In this document: positions 50,801 to 64,000 of the stretch, one piece after another
How positions within the stretch are numbered: the stretch's first letter is position 1
How the letters are laid out: each line of letters opens with the position of its first letter
Assembly: GCA_964016885.1 (NCBI GenBank)
Contig: OZ024752.1
Coordinates: 43,586,001 to 43,650,000, forward strand
DNA from: Eledone cirrhosa
Lineage: Eukaryota
Length of the DNA: 64,000 bases
Direction: 5' to 3'
Program-made: the position numbers and the translations under genes
Notes under the pieces: generated by a model
The model's input: the letters and a program-made list of their open reading frames with translations, nothing else
Told to the model about the DNA's origin: nothing
Database searches by the model: none

Positions 50801-53385
50801 CTTCAAAATAGATATATTACCAGTTTTAATGTCTTCAACTCTAATAATGAATAATGTCGTGTAAAGAATGTTTAAAATAGTTTTAACCCATAAAACGGAT
50901 TAAAAAGATGTCAAGGCTCTGGCAGTGTTGATAGATATTGAAAATGGCAAAGTTAACCACATCTATTTCACTTGTACTTTCTTTTAAATAGAAGCCTTCA
51001 TAATGAATAGACTTGATAGATTTATAATTGTTTTATTTGTACATTAAATATAACTTTTTAATAGCAGATCCCTAAAATACAAGTTCATGTGGCTCATTTA
51101 ATCTAGAAGTAGAAATAGTTACCAAATTTCCTACAAATCACTGTCTTAACCAAAGCTAGACACATTATTTAATGTAGTCCTAGATACACTGAGCTGGTCA
51201 GATATTTTGGCTGACCTTAGGCTTAATATTATCTTAACAGCCAGATTAATTTGCTGGGGCTCAACCAGTAAAACTATTATTCACATTTTTTTTTTTTAAA
51301 GAATATTTTAAAGTATTTTAATTTTATATGGTAATATTTATTCAGTTGTAAATTTTTGGTTTTGTGGAGAGGAGGAAAACCTTTAGATTCAAACCAGTTT
51401 TGACATGTCATTTGTGTCTAGCTTTTGTATTGCCACACACACATATATAAAACATTCTTTTTAGACTCCATTTTATTTTTTCAATGTAAATTAAATATTT
51501 CAATATTTTAAACAATATAATGAAAGTCATTAGGAAATATATCGCTCTGATCGATCGACAAGATCCCAAACCTCATTTGCTTGCCGAGTGGGGTGGACCT
51601 CGAGAAATCAGACCAAGGAAACAATGTTTCCATTGCTGATACTGCCTACCAGTTGCAACTCCTGGCAGAATATATATATATATTAGTCATTTGTGAATAA
51701 ATCTATTAATATCTTGTGTTTTATTGGACATTTGTTTGACTTAATCAAAACATCTACTCAAAGCATGAATTATTGGCTCCATATAATCTATATTCTTCAA
51801 TTTACTAAATACACTTCATATTTTTAGCTCATTACCAAGTTATGTCAACAGTCTTTGCCTCCCTCAGTCAATTTATACCTATTTTAGATTTTATTTTTAC
51901 TTCTCTCTTCCATCTAATCTTTTGAATTCAAAGGAATTTCTGTACAAGTAGTTGTCATATCTCTTGCATTCAAGAGAGAAGTATAGATCGTTAATCCCAA
52001 AATAGGCATGATTTACACAGGTGGAATGACTAAACTTAAACTCAAGCACAAATATGGATTGTGGTGGTTGCTTTGAGACTGTGTTGTTACTTTCTATATT
52101 GGTTAAATTCTTGGGAGTCCACTAATGTGAAATGTAGAAGACATTACATTAAAGAGTCATTGAGGAAGATGCAGGATTGTCTGAAGAACTGAGGCAGTTA
52201 ATGTTTGATGAGATTTTATCTTGTCACCACAAAGAAGTGGATGAATTTAGTAGTAGTATTGACTAAGTTCTAAAACTGAAATTTTATTTTCACAAAGAAT
52301 TAACAATCATTGCTGTGACGTTTTTGTTTTTCTATTATACATTGTTGTAACTTTCAACAATTAGCACACAGCAATGTTAGAGTATTAAACATCCATAATT
52401 AATACAACTTTAAATTTATGACATATTTAACTCCCAAATTGTATTTCTGGAAACTCCCAAATTGTATTTCTGCCTTCATCTAGTCTTTCTTGTTCCTTTT
52501 TATCAGTGAACATGTCCGTTGCTATTAACGTCTATCAATGAGGACCTTCATGTTTTGGGATCCTGTGATGTTTGACACTAAATAATCATTGAAGAATGTC
52601 ATATCTTCATTTTTCAAAGGGACAGGCATCATTCCATAGGTTGAAACTTCAAATCTTTTCAAGAAGTGATATTTTTCCCATAGAGTAACCTTGTTCTAGC
52701 AGAATATGTGGTAGATTTAATGTGCTGCCTGGTTTAACACCAAACATGACTCTTGTGTTTCTTGTAGAGTTTACTCTATTGAAAGTATTCAGCACAAATA
52801 TATGGGCAACTTGATGCCACATCAGAACCATTTTAAAAAATGCTAATACACCATAATCAGATTTTAGAGAAACTTTTCTTATAGATTTTTGTTCAAATTT
52901 CTATTTTTAAATTAAAACAAAAAATAAAATATACAAAAATTTTCTCTGCAGGGTCTCGCTTGAAAATTCCAAAAATTAGAATAATCTAATTGAGAAATAT
53001 TCCATATTCTGCCAGAAATGGTTACTTTTAGTTAGTTCTGCTCTGTATCACTCTAGCCAATCATATAGTCCTGTACCAATCATTTTGATTTTGAACATGT
53101 ACCATTTCAATTACAATAATTTATTACATAATCTTTCTGTAATCCCTCATGCTCAATTGGGGGCAAGGTAGATTGAATATAGACAAGTCTATTGACACTA
53201 AGGTTCTGGTTGACCTTACTATTGAGATAATGTTAAGTCTTGTTGTGGTTAGAGGTAGGAAAAGGATTTCATTTTAAAGAAACAATTGTACACTTTACAA
53301 TGATATTGGATATGCCAGTTGTACACTTGTAACACTGTTAGCAAACAGTCTTTGATGAAATTTATTTAAAACAGTCATCTATTTA

Positions 53386-53802
53386 ACCGGAGTGGCTTTC
53401 TGATCTCCAAGCTACGCACTTTGACTAACATTACTCCAAAGACCCTTCGGAGGAACCCCATTTAGGCCGCTTGTATTCTTTTGATCATTACCTAAGAGTT
53501 GGCACGGAAACCAAGTTGAAGATAGCGATTTTGGCTTTTACGCCTACCTCTCTTCTATGGGCATGTGGTTAGAATGTCTCGGGGGAAAGAATCGCTGGAC
53601 AGATTTTACGGGCAAAACCAACAGGTAGGAGACTCAAGAGTGGACCCCCGGCCAAGATAGTTGGATAACATCCATGAGCTTGGCTGGTTTCAGCTTGGGG
53701 ATCCACCTGAATCAGTTGGAGACTTCTGACAGGACCAGCTGGAGAGGGAGTGTTTATGGACTCTGCCCCTGCGACTCAATCGGGAATAAGTGGCAAAGAA
53801 AA
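53386..53802 (+). mobile_element. RTE (Expander/Rex3-like) LINE 3' end with inverted 5' segment
   Basis: TSD TCATCTATTTA at 53375-53385 and 53803-53813. Sense part reads YGHVVRM...ILRAKPTGRR; antisense part reads KAKIAIFN..VPTL...RIQAA*MGFLRRVFG..KVRSLEIR. Confidence 0.85.
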
Positions 53803-53936
53803 TCATCTATTTATAAGATAATGGGCAGGAAGTAGACAATTTAATTATCAGAAATTTGAATTTTTAAAAATCACGTGTTGTCTTTTGGATATGAATTTAG
53901 ATTGGAAACATTCTTTTCAGATTAACCTGAACAGAA

Positions 53937-56900
53937 ATGGTCATGGAAGAACCCTGTCCACAATGGGTTGGCCGAGAATTTGTCCGGCAGTATTACACCA
54001 TTATGAACGAAGCACCAAACTTTTTGCACAGGTAAATATTTAATTATTATTTGTTTAACCCTTTATCATTTAATCTGGCCATTCATACTGACTTTAAGGT
54101 CTTGTTACCAAATAAATAATAAAATCTCATAAATTTGATATTATGTAAGGTAAAACCTTTACTTTGAAAATACAATAGTATATATAGAGTAATGCATTTA
54201 TCATTTTATCTTTTGGCATATCTGTCCATCCTGTTAAGCAGTGTTGGCATACCTCATAAGAAGAATATGGTGTAAAATGTATGCATACCATCATCATCAT
54301 CACCACCACTAACATCCATTTTCCCATGCTAGCATAGGTTGGATGAGTTGTGTTGTGAGACAAGTCAGGTCAGGTGACCATTTCTTATTCATACAGAACT
54401 TTCTGGCTTGGTTTCTATAGCTGGATGCCTTTCCTAATGTCAGCCATATTTACATGCTTTTTATTGTGGCACCAAAACGGCTTACTGGCAGGTTGGACTG
54501 GGTGTTTTTTATTTGATAGTAACTTCAAATGATAAAGTTCACCATGCCTACAATATTGAGACTGGGTTTGAGAGTTGGAGGTAGCATCTTGCTATATAAT
54601 GTCTACCTGTAAATCATACAGTGCATTTGAGTTGATAAACTTTTTGGTTTAACCCTAAATATTTAACATAGTTTGGTATCAGAGGGGTTAAGATGTTAGA
54701 TCTACAATTACAGCCTTGCTGTAATTGTAGTTGTATAGTGACTACTATTTTCCAAGAAACTAGATACTTCATTTATTAAGATTTTGGATCCTTTACATAG
54801 GATCTGGCCAGAATTCTTTCACCTCTTTGTTCTAACCAGCCACTCATACTGATGTTAAGGCATTGTTCTCAAAATATCAAAATCTTATTGATTTGATATT
54901 ATGTGACATAATCATATCAGTTAAAACCTTTACCGTGGAAATACAATAGTATATCTAATGTAAATGTTAAAATGTGCATAAAAATCTATAATTTCAATTC
55001 TGTCTGTAATTAGTTTTATCTAAAGGTACCCTTTCAGAATGAAAGGTAGGTAGTGCTGGCCAGTCAACATACATAATTCCCATTCCAGATTGGTGGTAGC
55101 TGTCCTATGTTAATCCTAATCCACACTAATGGTATAAGTGATTTAACATCCCTTTATGTACTTTACGATTATACATGAGTATTTCATCTGCATTATTATC
55201 TGAAAAGGGGCGGTGGATTGGCAGTATCGGTAGAGGGTCGGACGCCATGCTTTCAGCATAGTTACGTCCCTTTACGATCTGAGTTCAAATCCCGCCGAGG
55301 TTGACTTTGCCTTTCATCCTTACGGGGTCGATAAAATAAAGTACCAGTAATGCACTGGGTAATTGCTGGCCTTGTGCCTAAAGTAGAAACAATTATTATC
55401 TGAAAAGGGGCAGTATTGGTAGAGGGTCGGACGCCATGCTTTGACATATAGTTACGGCCCTTGCCATTCTGAGTTCAAATCCCGCCAAAATTAACTTTGC
55501 CTTTCATCCTTACGGGGTCGATAAAATAAAGGACCAGGAATACACTGGGTAATTGCTGGCCTTGTGCCTAACGTAGAAACAATTATTATCTGAAAAATTG
55601 CAGAAGTTTACTGGGGTTTTCAGTATTTGGAGGGACATATTTAATAATCTACAATAATCTGAGGTATACCAAGTTACAAAACGTTCATACTGGTGTTATA
55701 AATAAGCTCAATATTTAGCAGTTCTGGTTTAAAAAATGAGCTCAGTATCTTTGTTTGCAGATTTTGATGGTGAAAAATATTGGACCTCTCATTTTATGTG
55801 GTAGTTACATAAGGTACATTTAAATGACATAGCATCCAGACACTTTTAAAGTATAAACATTTCAGCGTTAAATTTTATGGAGATATTTTGGTAACTAGTT
55901 AGGGTGTCACCTGGTGTTATTTTCAACTTTAAAATATTTTTACATAGTTTCAATCACGAATTAGCTACTAAAACCTAAGCTGTTGTATTGGTTATGTGAA
56001 ATGATAAACAGATTTCCAAGAAATCAAGAATTCTGTTGTATGGTGGTAATTATTTAGTCATTAAATCCTGCCATTGAATATACTTTCATCAATTAACAAA
56101 TTAGTTTTATCAACTTGAATATTGTGTAAGGTCATTTAACAGTGAATTAGAAGTAGTATATACTATTAGAAATGAAAAATATCACCTTTTAGGAACAACT
56201 TGCTTATCAAAGCATTTTTGCACAAAAGTAGATGACTGCAAAATATTGCTTTTACTTAGTCACTGAAAGCAATATTCCCTTAATATTACTACAAATATAG
56301 CATAGAGATGTACTGGTACTGGATGTGTGGAAAATATAATATAGATGTATGGGTCATAACAATATTGGTTAGATGGAAATGGCAGTGGAACAAGCTGATA
56401 TGACAGACATGACATTAGCAGTAGTTGTGTTGGTGGGTCAGAGTTCAAAAGGCAAAGTATTTCAGTGACTGATCATTTCAAAATTATCAGCTGATAGGGA
56501 GGAAGTAGGGCAACATTGCTTATCTAAATATTTTCAGGAATAAAAGTTATTTTAACATGCATTGCTGTATTCATACAATTGTTTGAAGCATGTGGTTAGA
56601 TGGAAATTAAGCTCTGTGATCATCATCATTCAGTTTTTTTATTATGCAGGGCACAATCCCTAAATAGGGGTAGGTCCTGCCTGATAGTGTCCCGCTCCAT
56701 GTGTTTCTATCCACCAATCTCAACCTGGGCCAGGTCAAGCCTAGCTTGATCCCAACGGACACCCTCCATCCAAGCTTTTTCTCTCTGGGCCTCTGTGTGT
56801 TGTTAACTATTTTGTATAAAAGAAAATGTTGGTAAATATCTACCAAATCATTTTCAGATTTTCCTTGGTGTAATTATAAAATTTCCAACTGCACCCTCGT

Positions 56901-59900
56901 TGAGGTTCTCAGCAAGCACCAGAAACCAATTTGGACCAGGAAGTTGAGTCAGTTCTGGTTTGTTTGGGTTGGTGGTGGTCTCAATGTGCAGATAGGATGG
57001 CATCGTGTGCAGTTCAACCGGCACAAAGATTGTGCCTTGGCCTCTGCACGTGTGACACACACAACTGTTGTTGTGGAACCAAAGATATCAACCGAGACTT
57101 GACTGGCTACTTTTCTGGCCAGACTCCTGTTTTCCACTACAAAATCTTTAGTGTATCTTGTCCGAGAGGGGGAATAGCTGATAACAGCAGGAGTTACTGG
57201 CTGTTTTCTGTGACAATGCTTTTCTCATCTTGTCTGCAGCTGAAATATAGTACCCTGCCAAGAGCATAGGGTTCCCCTTTTTCATGACTCTTTTACCTCT
57301 TCCAGTTGACTTAATCCTGTAATTTATAAATACACTTTCATCACTGTATACATCTGTTTGGAAATTATCTTTCATTTATTGATCAGTTTGGTTTAGAGTT
57401 TGGAGCAATCAAAATATTCTAAATCAGCTTCATGCTTTATTATTTCAAGATCTATAAATTAATTCTCAACATCCTGTAATATTTCAAAACACGTTTGTTG
57501 ATTCGATTGTTTATGGTATCTTTACTAGTATCCTGATCATGAAAATTTGCACTCTGTACTGTTTTGTACTTTTTAGAAATGTTTTGTTAATGTGGTTTCA
57601 TGAAGAAGTATAGCCACTTTGTTGATTTAGATGTCTTTCAATCCACTTAATAGTCTCTCTCAATATGAAGGTGGGTTACCTATTGGTTGTGATAAACTCA
57701 GGATCATAGCATTTACTTGTCTTTAAAAGCATTAGCTCTGTGTACATAGTACATAGCTTTGCTAGTATTTTCTGTGTATGTCTTGAATTTCCAGTTGGCG
57801 GGAACCTACTTAAATTTCTCTACAATATTGTACTTGATTTATATTTATGCATGCACAAGTGGTTTTCTTTCCATTAATTGATGTATTTCTTGCTGTAAGT
57901 CTAATATAATTTCTTATAAATATAAACTATAGGACTTCTGTGTGTTCGTAAGCTTAATATCCCACTCCTTGGTCAATGTGAAACTATTTTTGTGGGTTTG
58001 TTTTTAACAAAATTAAACATGGTTTTTCTCAAACTTTGTTGTCTTATAAACGTCTGCTAGCGTAAAGTTTCAGAATCTAAATACCTAAAGAAACTACAAA
58101 ACTGTTGAATTAATCACCTTATTGGAACAATATTGATATTATACAACTTAACATATCTGATAAGTTCAATATTTTTAATAGTTTGATATGTATTTTTTCA
58201 TGTAATTAATGTGAAGGCACATGATTTAGTGGTTACAACATTGCGCTTGCAATTGGGAGGCTGTGAGTTTGGTTCTCGGAGTGGGTGATGTTGTGTCCTT
58301 GAACAAGACACTTTTTACATGTTGCTCCAGTTCATTTAGCAGTAGAAATGAGATGCAACATCACAGGTGCCACATTGGTGGCGTGGAGAAGAGGGGCTGG
58401 TGTGTATGGACGGCTGCTGGTCTTCTACAAATAAATCTTGCTCCGGCTTATGCCTCGGAGGGAATCTTTCTAGGTGTAAAACCATGGTCATTAGTGACCG
58501 ATTGGGGGCTTTGGATGTAACTAAAATTGTTGATAGATTTATGGTAATGTTTTTATTAATTTTCTAGGTTTTACAGTCATAATTCAAGCTTTGTTCATGG
58601 TGGTATTGAGAAAGTTGGCGAAGAACAGCAACCTGTTGTGGGTCAAGATGTAAGTGATATTCCCACAGCTTCTAAACATCAAAACTATTTCATGTAGAAT
58701 TCTGCTGTCTGCTTAACATTTTCTATTTAAAACAAATGTGTGGGAAGGGCCATGATTTATAGGTACAGCAAGGAAGGTTGTGAAGAGAACTTGGGCATGC
58801 ATTGAGGGAGGTTGAAAGAGGAATGATGGAAGGCAGTAGAAGAGGGGGAAGGCCAAGAAAGACAGCTGAAAATGATAAAGGAAATGAATATCAGGGTGTT
58901 GATGGGAGTGTGGGGTTGCAGACGGAAAGGTTTGTCATGGGCTCCGCAAGCTCAGCCTCTGATTCCAAGAAAAACTGTCTTAAATCGTTTAATGCTCAAT
59001 ATATATATATATTTGTGGTGTAAATGTATGCAGGCAATGCAAGATCATTGTAGAAAAAGTTTTTGGTTAAACTTTCCAGACTACACACTTTTATGACAAC
59101 TGTGTAGTGAGCATTTTAATAATTCTTGTATTAAAAACCTTTTGTTACCATATTTCTAATGAAAAACATTGCTTATGATTTTCAAACTATTTTGAAAATT
59201 ATCAAGAATTTGGTGTGGATTTAGTAAAATAACGTATTTATTTGGTGTTTGGAACAACTTAACAAATGTTTCTACATAAAATTATGATGGAAAGTTTTAT
59301 TAGATATAAGATATATATATATACTTTAAAAACAGTTACCTATAACATAGAACCACGGGTAGTTTATCACAAGGGTTAACATATAGGATTAGGCTGTAAT
59401 ATTGTCAGCACAATTAGATTAAATATTGATATTGATTTATTTTCTACATAAATTGTTTATATCTTTAATTTTATATTGAATTTGGTATTAGCATAAATCT
59501 TGTTTAAATATTTTTCAGAACATCCATAAGAAAATTTTATCTCTGAACTTTAGTGATTGTCGAACAAAGATCCGCCAAGTAGACAGTCAATTTACGGTAT
59601 CAAATGCAGTGTTAATTCAAGTAAGCTTGATTTTACTTCAACTCTAGAACGTTATTTTATTTTAGTCTAATATCTTCTCCATACTATTTATTAATCCTCA
59701 ATTATAGATATAAGTTTTAACTTCTAGATAGTTGTCAAAATCAGTAAAACTTTACCGATATATTGCATCAAACACATCTCCAATGTAAGATTTTTCTTCC
59801 TTTTCCTGGAATTTTAGAGAGCATTGATAAGTTTTCTCCTTCTTTCCTACACTTGACTTCAGGAATCTTTCCACTCTAAATTACTCTAAATTAACATTTT

Positions 59901-62900
59901 AACTCATTTCTGTTCATTAATGCATTTTATTTAATATGAATGAATGAAATTTTTTGTTTATCCAAATTTATAATTTTTTATGTTTTTTAATTTTATTTCA
60001 GGTTACAGGGGAACTATCCAATTATGGCCAGCCAATGCGCCGTTTCATGCAGACTTTTGTGTTGGCACCGCAGTCACCAAAAAAATATTATGTCCATAAT
60101 GACATATTTCGTTACCAGGATGAAGTATTTCCAGATTCTGAATCTGATGTGGAAAATTTTGAAAGTGGTGGTAAGGTGGCCTTTTTTCTTTGTATTTGTT
60201 TTAAAAAATATCAAGAACAATAAAATTGGCTTTAATTTCATTTATCACTTACGTTATACTTAAATATCTTCATTTTCAAACATTTTCCAGGCTCTGAGCA
60301 GGAAAACACTGAGACTGTTACTCAAACAGGACCAATACAAGAATCGGTATCACAATATTATGAGCAGCCATCTGTTTTAAGGTAACTTCTTGCCACATAT
60401 CTCAAATAAAGAATATTCTCTCTTGTGTTAGATTATTATATAGCAGAGGGCCAGTAATTTGGAGAAGGGGGAGAAATTTGATTAAATTGACCTTGATAAT
60501 TGATTTTATGAGAGTTAACCTTGATGGAATTTGAACTAAATGTGGCAAAGCATTTTGTCTGATCCTCTAACAATTCTGCCAGTCCTATGTAGGCAAGTAA
60601 TAAGGGTTGTTCACGACCAGCAGCATGCGTATGTGAATAGTTAAAGCTAAATATTTATAGTTTTTGTTTTTCTTTCAATGGAATGATGGATGCCATATCC
60701 AATGAGAGCAATTTTATACATATTTCCTTATAAGGTCCTTATGGAGTGAAATTGTCTGGGTGAATAGTTAGATATGGCACCTATCTTGTTCAATTTATTA
60801 TGCAGACAAATAAATTGTAATTTGCTGAGAAATAGTTTTGTGGATAATTTCTTTTTCAAACAGTTTATTTTGTAACCATAAAATTGTTTCAGTAATGGAA
60901 ATGCTGATATAGATGAAGGACCAGATTCACCTGCTGAAAAATCGGTTGAAGAAGAACCTAAGGAAGAAGTTGTTGAAGAGGCAGTATCAGAGCCAGAGAA
61001 AGAACTGGAAATCAAGAGCCCTGAGCCGGAACCTGTTCCAGAAGTACCTGGTATATATATATTTTGTATAAAATCACTAAATCTTTATTGTAAATTTACT
61101 CAGATGGCTGGCATATGATCTATAACTGGTTTGTTAAAGAATGGCAATCAAATTATCTGGAATTTATTAAGTTCTCTCTAATAGATCTATTCCTTCTTGT
61201 ATCTTCTATGGGCTTTTTAGTAAAGATATGACATTTATACGACTTAAGAATCATGTTTTGCATGCTTTAAGGCTAAGCTCCCACATTTATATAGTAGCAA
61301 TATTGTTTTTAGTAGGTATTTATTTACTCCCCCCCCCCTTTTTTTTTTCATTTCAGTGGAACCGAAACCTGTTTCCTGGGCAAGTTTGGCCAGCAAAAAT
61401 GCTCCTCCTTCTCAGCCATCAACTACTAGTGCAGGGCCTGCTGGTCATGCCCAGCCATTAGGAAAACCTCAAGCTACGCGGAGTGATGTCAAATTGGATA
61501 TGAATCAAGGTCCACAACCCCAGAGAGCTCGGTAAATTGAATTGTAATTTAGATGTAAGATGTTATATTTAAATCAGAACTAGTTAGCAATCCCTGGAGA
61601 GTATCAGATATATTAAATGACAGGTTCATTGTTTAGGTTTGATATAACTTAATGGTTTTTATTGATATTGTAGGAACCCAAGAGAACGTATGCGAGAACG
61701 CGACAGAACAAGTGCAAGTAGGACTGACGATGGGGATTCTGATAGCCTCAGTGGTCGCAGAGGATCAAGACATCCTGACAGTCATCAACTTTTTGTTGGA
61801 AACTTACCACAAAACATTACTGAAAAAGAACTGCGAACCTATTTTGAAAGTATGTTGGTTTTGTTTTTATTTAACACACACACACACACATATATATCAG
61901 AATACTGTAGCTAATATCTTCAGTTTAAATTATTTCTGTGGGTTTTGATATTCACAATTAGTTGTATTGAGAGCTATTTTGTAAATTTCTATAATTGTTT
62001 TTTGTATTTAAACATAACTACTTATTCATTTTTATTCATAAAAAGTAACCCTAAAATAATTTCTTGGTTGCTTGACAAAATCAAGGTTAATTGGACTCAG
62101 GGCATTGGGAAGCCATTATTGGAATAGCTTAATTTTCTTTAGTTTATTTTAACACTGCTAAGCCATCCTGAAGCACCACCTTTAGATATGGACTCCTTTG
62201 AGAATATATTCACAAAACATTGAACGATGGTTTGAACATCTCAAATTTGCAAGATTTGTCTCTCAACAAGCAATGGAATTTGTTATTCTATTTATGAAAA
62301 AAATTGCTCTAGTTTCATCAAATTTGTCCTTTTTCTTTTTAGATTTTACATAGCAATTAAGTTTCGGCCATTATTATGTAGATTAGAAATATAAAAGTAG
62401 TCAATCATGAACTTTGATTCCAGTCTGTTGTGAATTTAAAGTTTTTATTACACACTCTTTTGGAATTATCACTTTCTCTGCTTTCACACATTGTAGTTGC
62501 TGTAAAAATACATAGATTGGGTCTGGGGCAAATACCAAGGAAATTAAATTGACAATATAACAATGTTTGGCAGTGTAGAAGTGGAATCCTATGTTATCAC
62601 TTGGTAATACAGTTTACAGATATGTTGGTAATGGAAGAGTTATCATCGTCATTTATTGCTAACCACCTTACAGGTACTAGGGAGGTGCATTTTTGTTATT
62701 CTCTGCATTTCTATTGTATTTAAGCTTTTCAGCTGTGGGGAGAAAAACTAAGTATCTTGTGTGAAATGGGCCAGCAATTTTCTAATATCTGATCATTGAA
62801 GGATAATCATATTTGGCCAAGATCTATTTTATTGCTGATGCCACAATAAAATTCACCTTGCATATGTAAAGTAGTTGCTGAGTAAGACATGGACTTTGAC

Positions 62901-63560
62901 CTGTCTTGGAGGGTAGTGACTCTGAATAAGAAATTACTTCAGCCATGATGACCTGTCCAACCCATACCAGCATGGAAAAGTGGACTTACAAATGATGATG
63001 ATACAAAGATTGGTTTTAAAAAAAAGTGTTAAAAGATTGTATCTAAAGTCTTTTTATTATTTTTTGTTTAGATTATGGCCGTGTTGTTGAACTTCGAATT
63101 AACACAAAGAGTGGAGGCGGAAAATTACCTGTGAGTCTCATTGCTATATGTAATTTGCACTTTTTGTATAGAGAAACTGAAAGTTTAAGGTGTGTGAGTG
63201 TTCTGGGGATTGGGATTGTTAGTGTTTGATAATTTACAGACTTTGATCTCTTATATTGTTCACTATTCTGTTTAATTTCATCTAAAATATGCCATTAGAA
63301 CATTAATACACGTGTGTGATACTGTTCTGGGCAGCTGGAACGTGCAGTTATTTTCTATCAGCTAAAGTCGTAAATTCTTTTTTTGACTTTTAACACAAAT
63401 ATATTTGTTAATAATAATTGGTGGAATGAAATTTTAAATAATCAAATCTCAATGTTTAATTAAAGAAATAATAAACTGTTCAACTTTTTTTCCTCCTCAG
63501 AATTTTGGTTTTGTGGTATTTGATACTGCAGATCCTGTACAACATGTTTTAAGTGTGAAG
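53937..63560 (+). CDS. G3BP: Ras GTPase-activating protein-binding protein G3BP/Rasputin (stress-granule nucleator); 3' end lies beyond the window
   Basis: Exons 53937-54031, 58568-58649, 59519-59620, 60002-60170, 60291-60381, 60893-61050, 61357-61531, 61674-61849, 63072-63130, 63501-63560 (389 codons, phases consistent). NTF2-like domain [20 protein letters not shown]...[11 protein letters not shown]...[14 protein letters not shown], acidic tract, PVSWAS motif, RRM ([13 protein letters not shown]...NFGFVVFD). In-frame TGA just upstream of the ATG. Confidence 0.95.
54055..54196 (+). mobile_element. Partial piggyBac-type MITE (others at ~32704-32773 and ~54790-54975)
   Basis: Homology to the 1206-1421 family. 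Confidence 0.7.
55207..55581 (+). mobile_element. Head-to-tail pair of tRNA SINEs sharing a triplicated TSD
   Basis: ATTATTATCTGAAAA at 55192-55206, 55392-55406 and 55582-55596; both copies belong to the 35877 family. Confidence 0.9.
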
Positions 63561-63580
63561 GTAATTCAGTTTTTTAAAAT

Positions 63581-63583
<3 letters not shown>

Positions 63584-63642
<59 letters not shown>
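63584..63642. repeat. (CT)n microsatellite
   Basis: Perfect CT run just after the G3BP coding exon 10 donor. Confidence 0.95.
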
Positions 63643-63646
<4 letters not shown>

Positions 63647-64000
63647 TATATATATGCATACACTTTTAAGATATCAATACATATTAAATGTGTGATGATC
63701 ATGTTTCTCGATAAAAAAGCTCAATGGACATTAGTCCAGGGTATCAATTATATAATATATAAAGAGAAACAGCCTTTTGTACACATGTAGAGCAAATAAT
63801 ATATAGGCAAATGTATATTTTCCAATGTATTATTTGCTCTATATATGTGTTTCTGAAAAAATATATGCTTTTTTTCTTTCTCCATATATCTTTTAAACTA
63901 TATTTAATTTATAATTTTGTGTATGTAACAGTTTTAAAATCTGGTATTTTTATTTATTTGATTTTGTAATTTTGAAATTGTTTGGTTTTATTATTTTTTC

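Overview
AT-rich, intron-rich animal genomic DNA with no prokaryotic features. The (TA)n/(CA)n microsatellites, RTE-tailed tRNA SINEs and a SHIP orthologue suggest a lophotrochozoan, probably an octopus (inference). Two + strand multi-exon genes were rebuilt by hand with consistent splice phases: a complete 25-coding-exon SHIP2/INPPL1-like inositol 5-phosphatase (7133-33099, 1123 aa; SH2, PH-like, 5-phosphatase, C2, Pro-rich, SAM) and the first 10 coding exons of G3BP/Rasputin (53937 to beyond 63560). Introns and intergenic DNA hold mariner relics, a TTAA piggyBac-type MITE family, non-autonomous Helitrons, tRNA SINEs, and RTE and CRE LINE fragments. The most notable observations are: (1) a ~0.5 kb ORF-less element with terminal direct repeats carrying a variant type I hammerhead ribozyme (retrozyme/Penelope-like) antisense in SHIP2 intron 10; (2) an RTE insertion with a twin-priming-type 5' inversion and TSD; (3) an Hsmar2-like mariner deletion derivative; (4) back-to-back long palindromes; (5) a GC-AG intron and regenerated splice donors in SHIP2.
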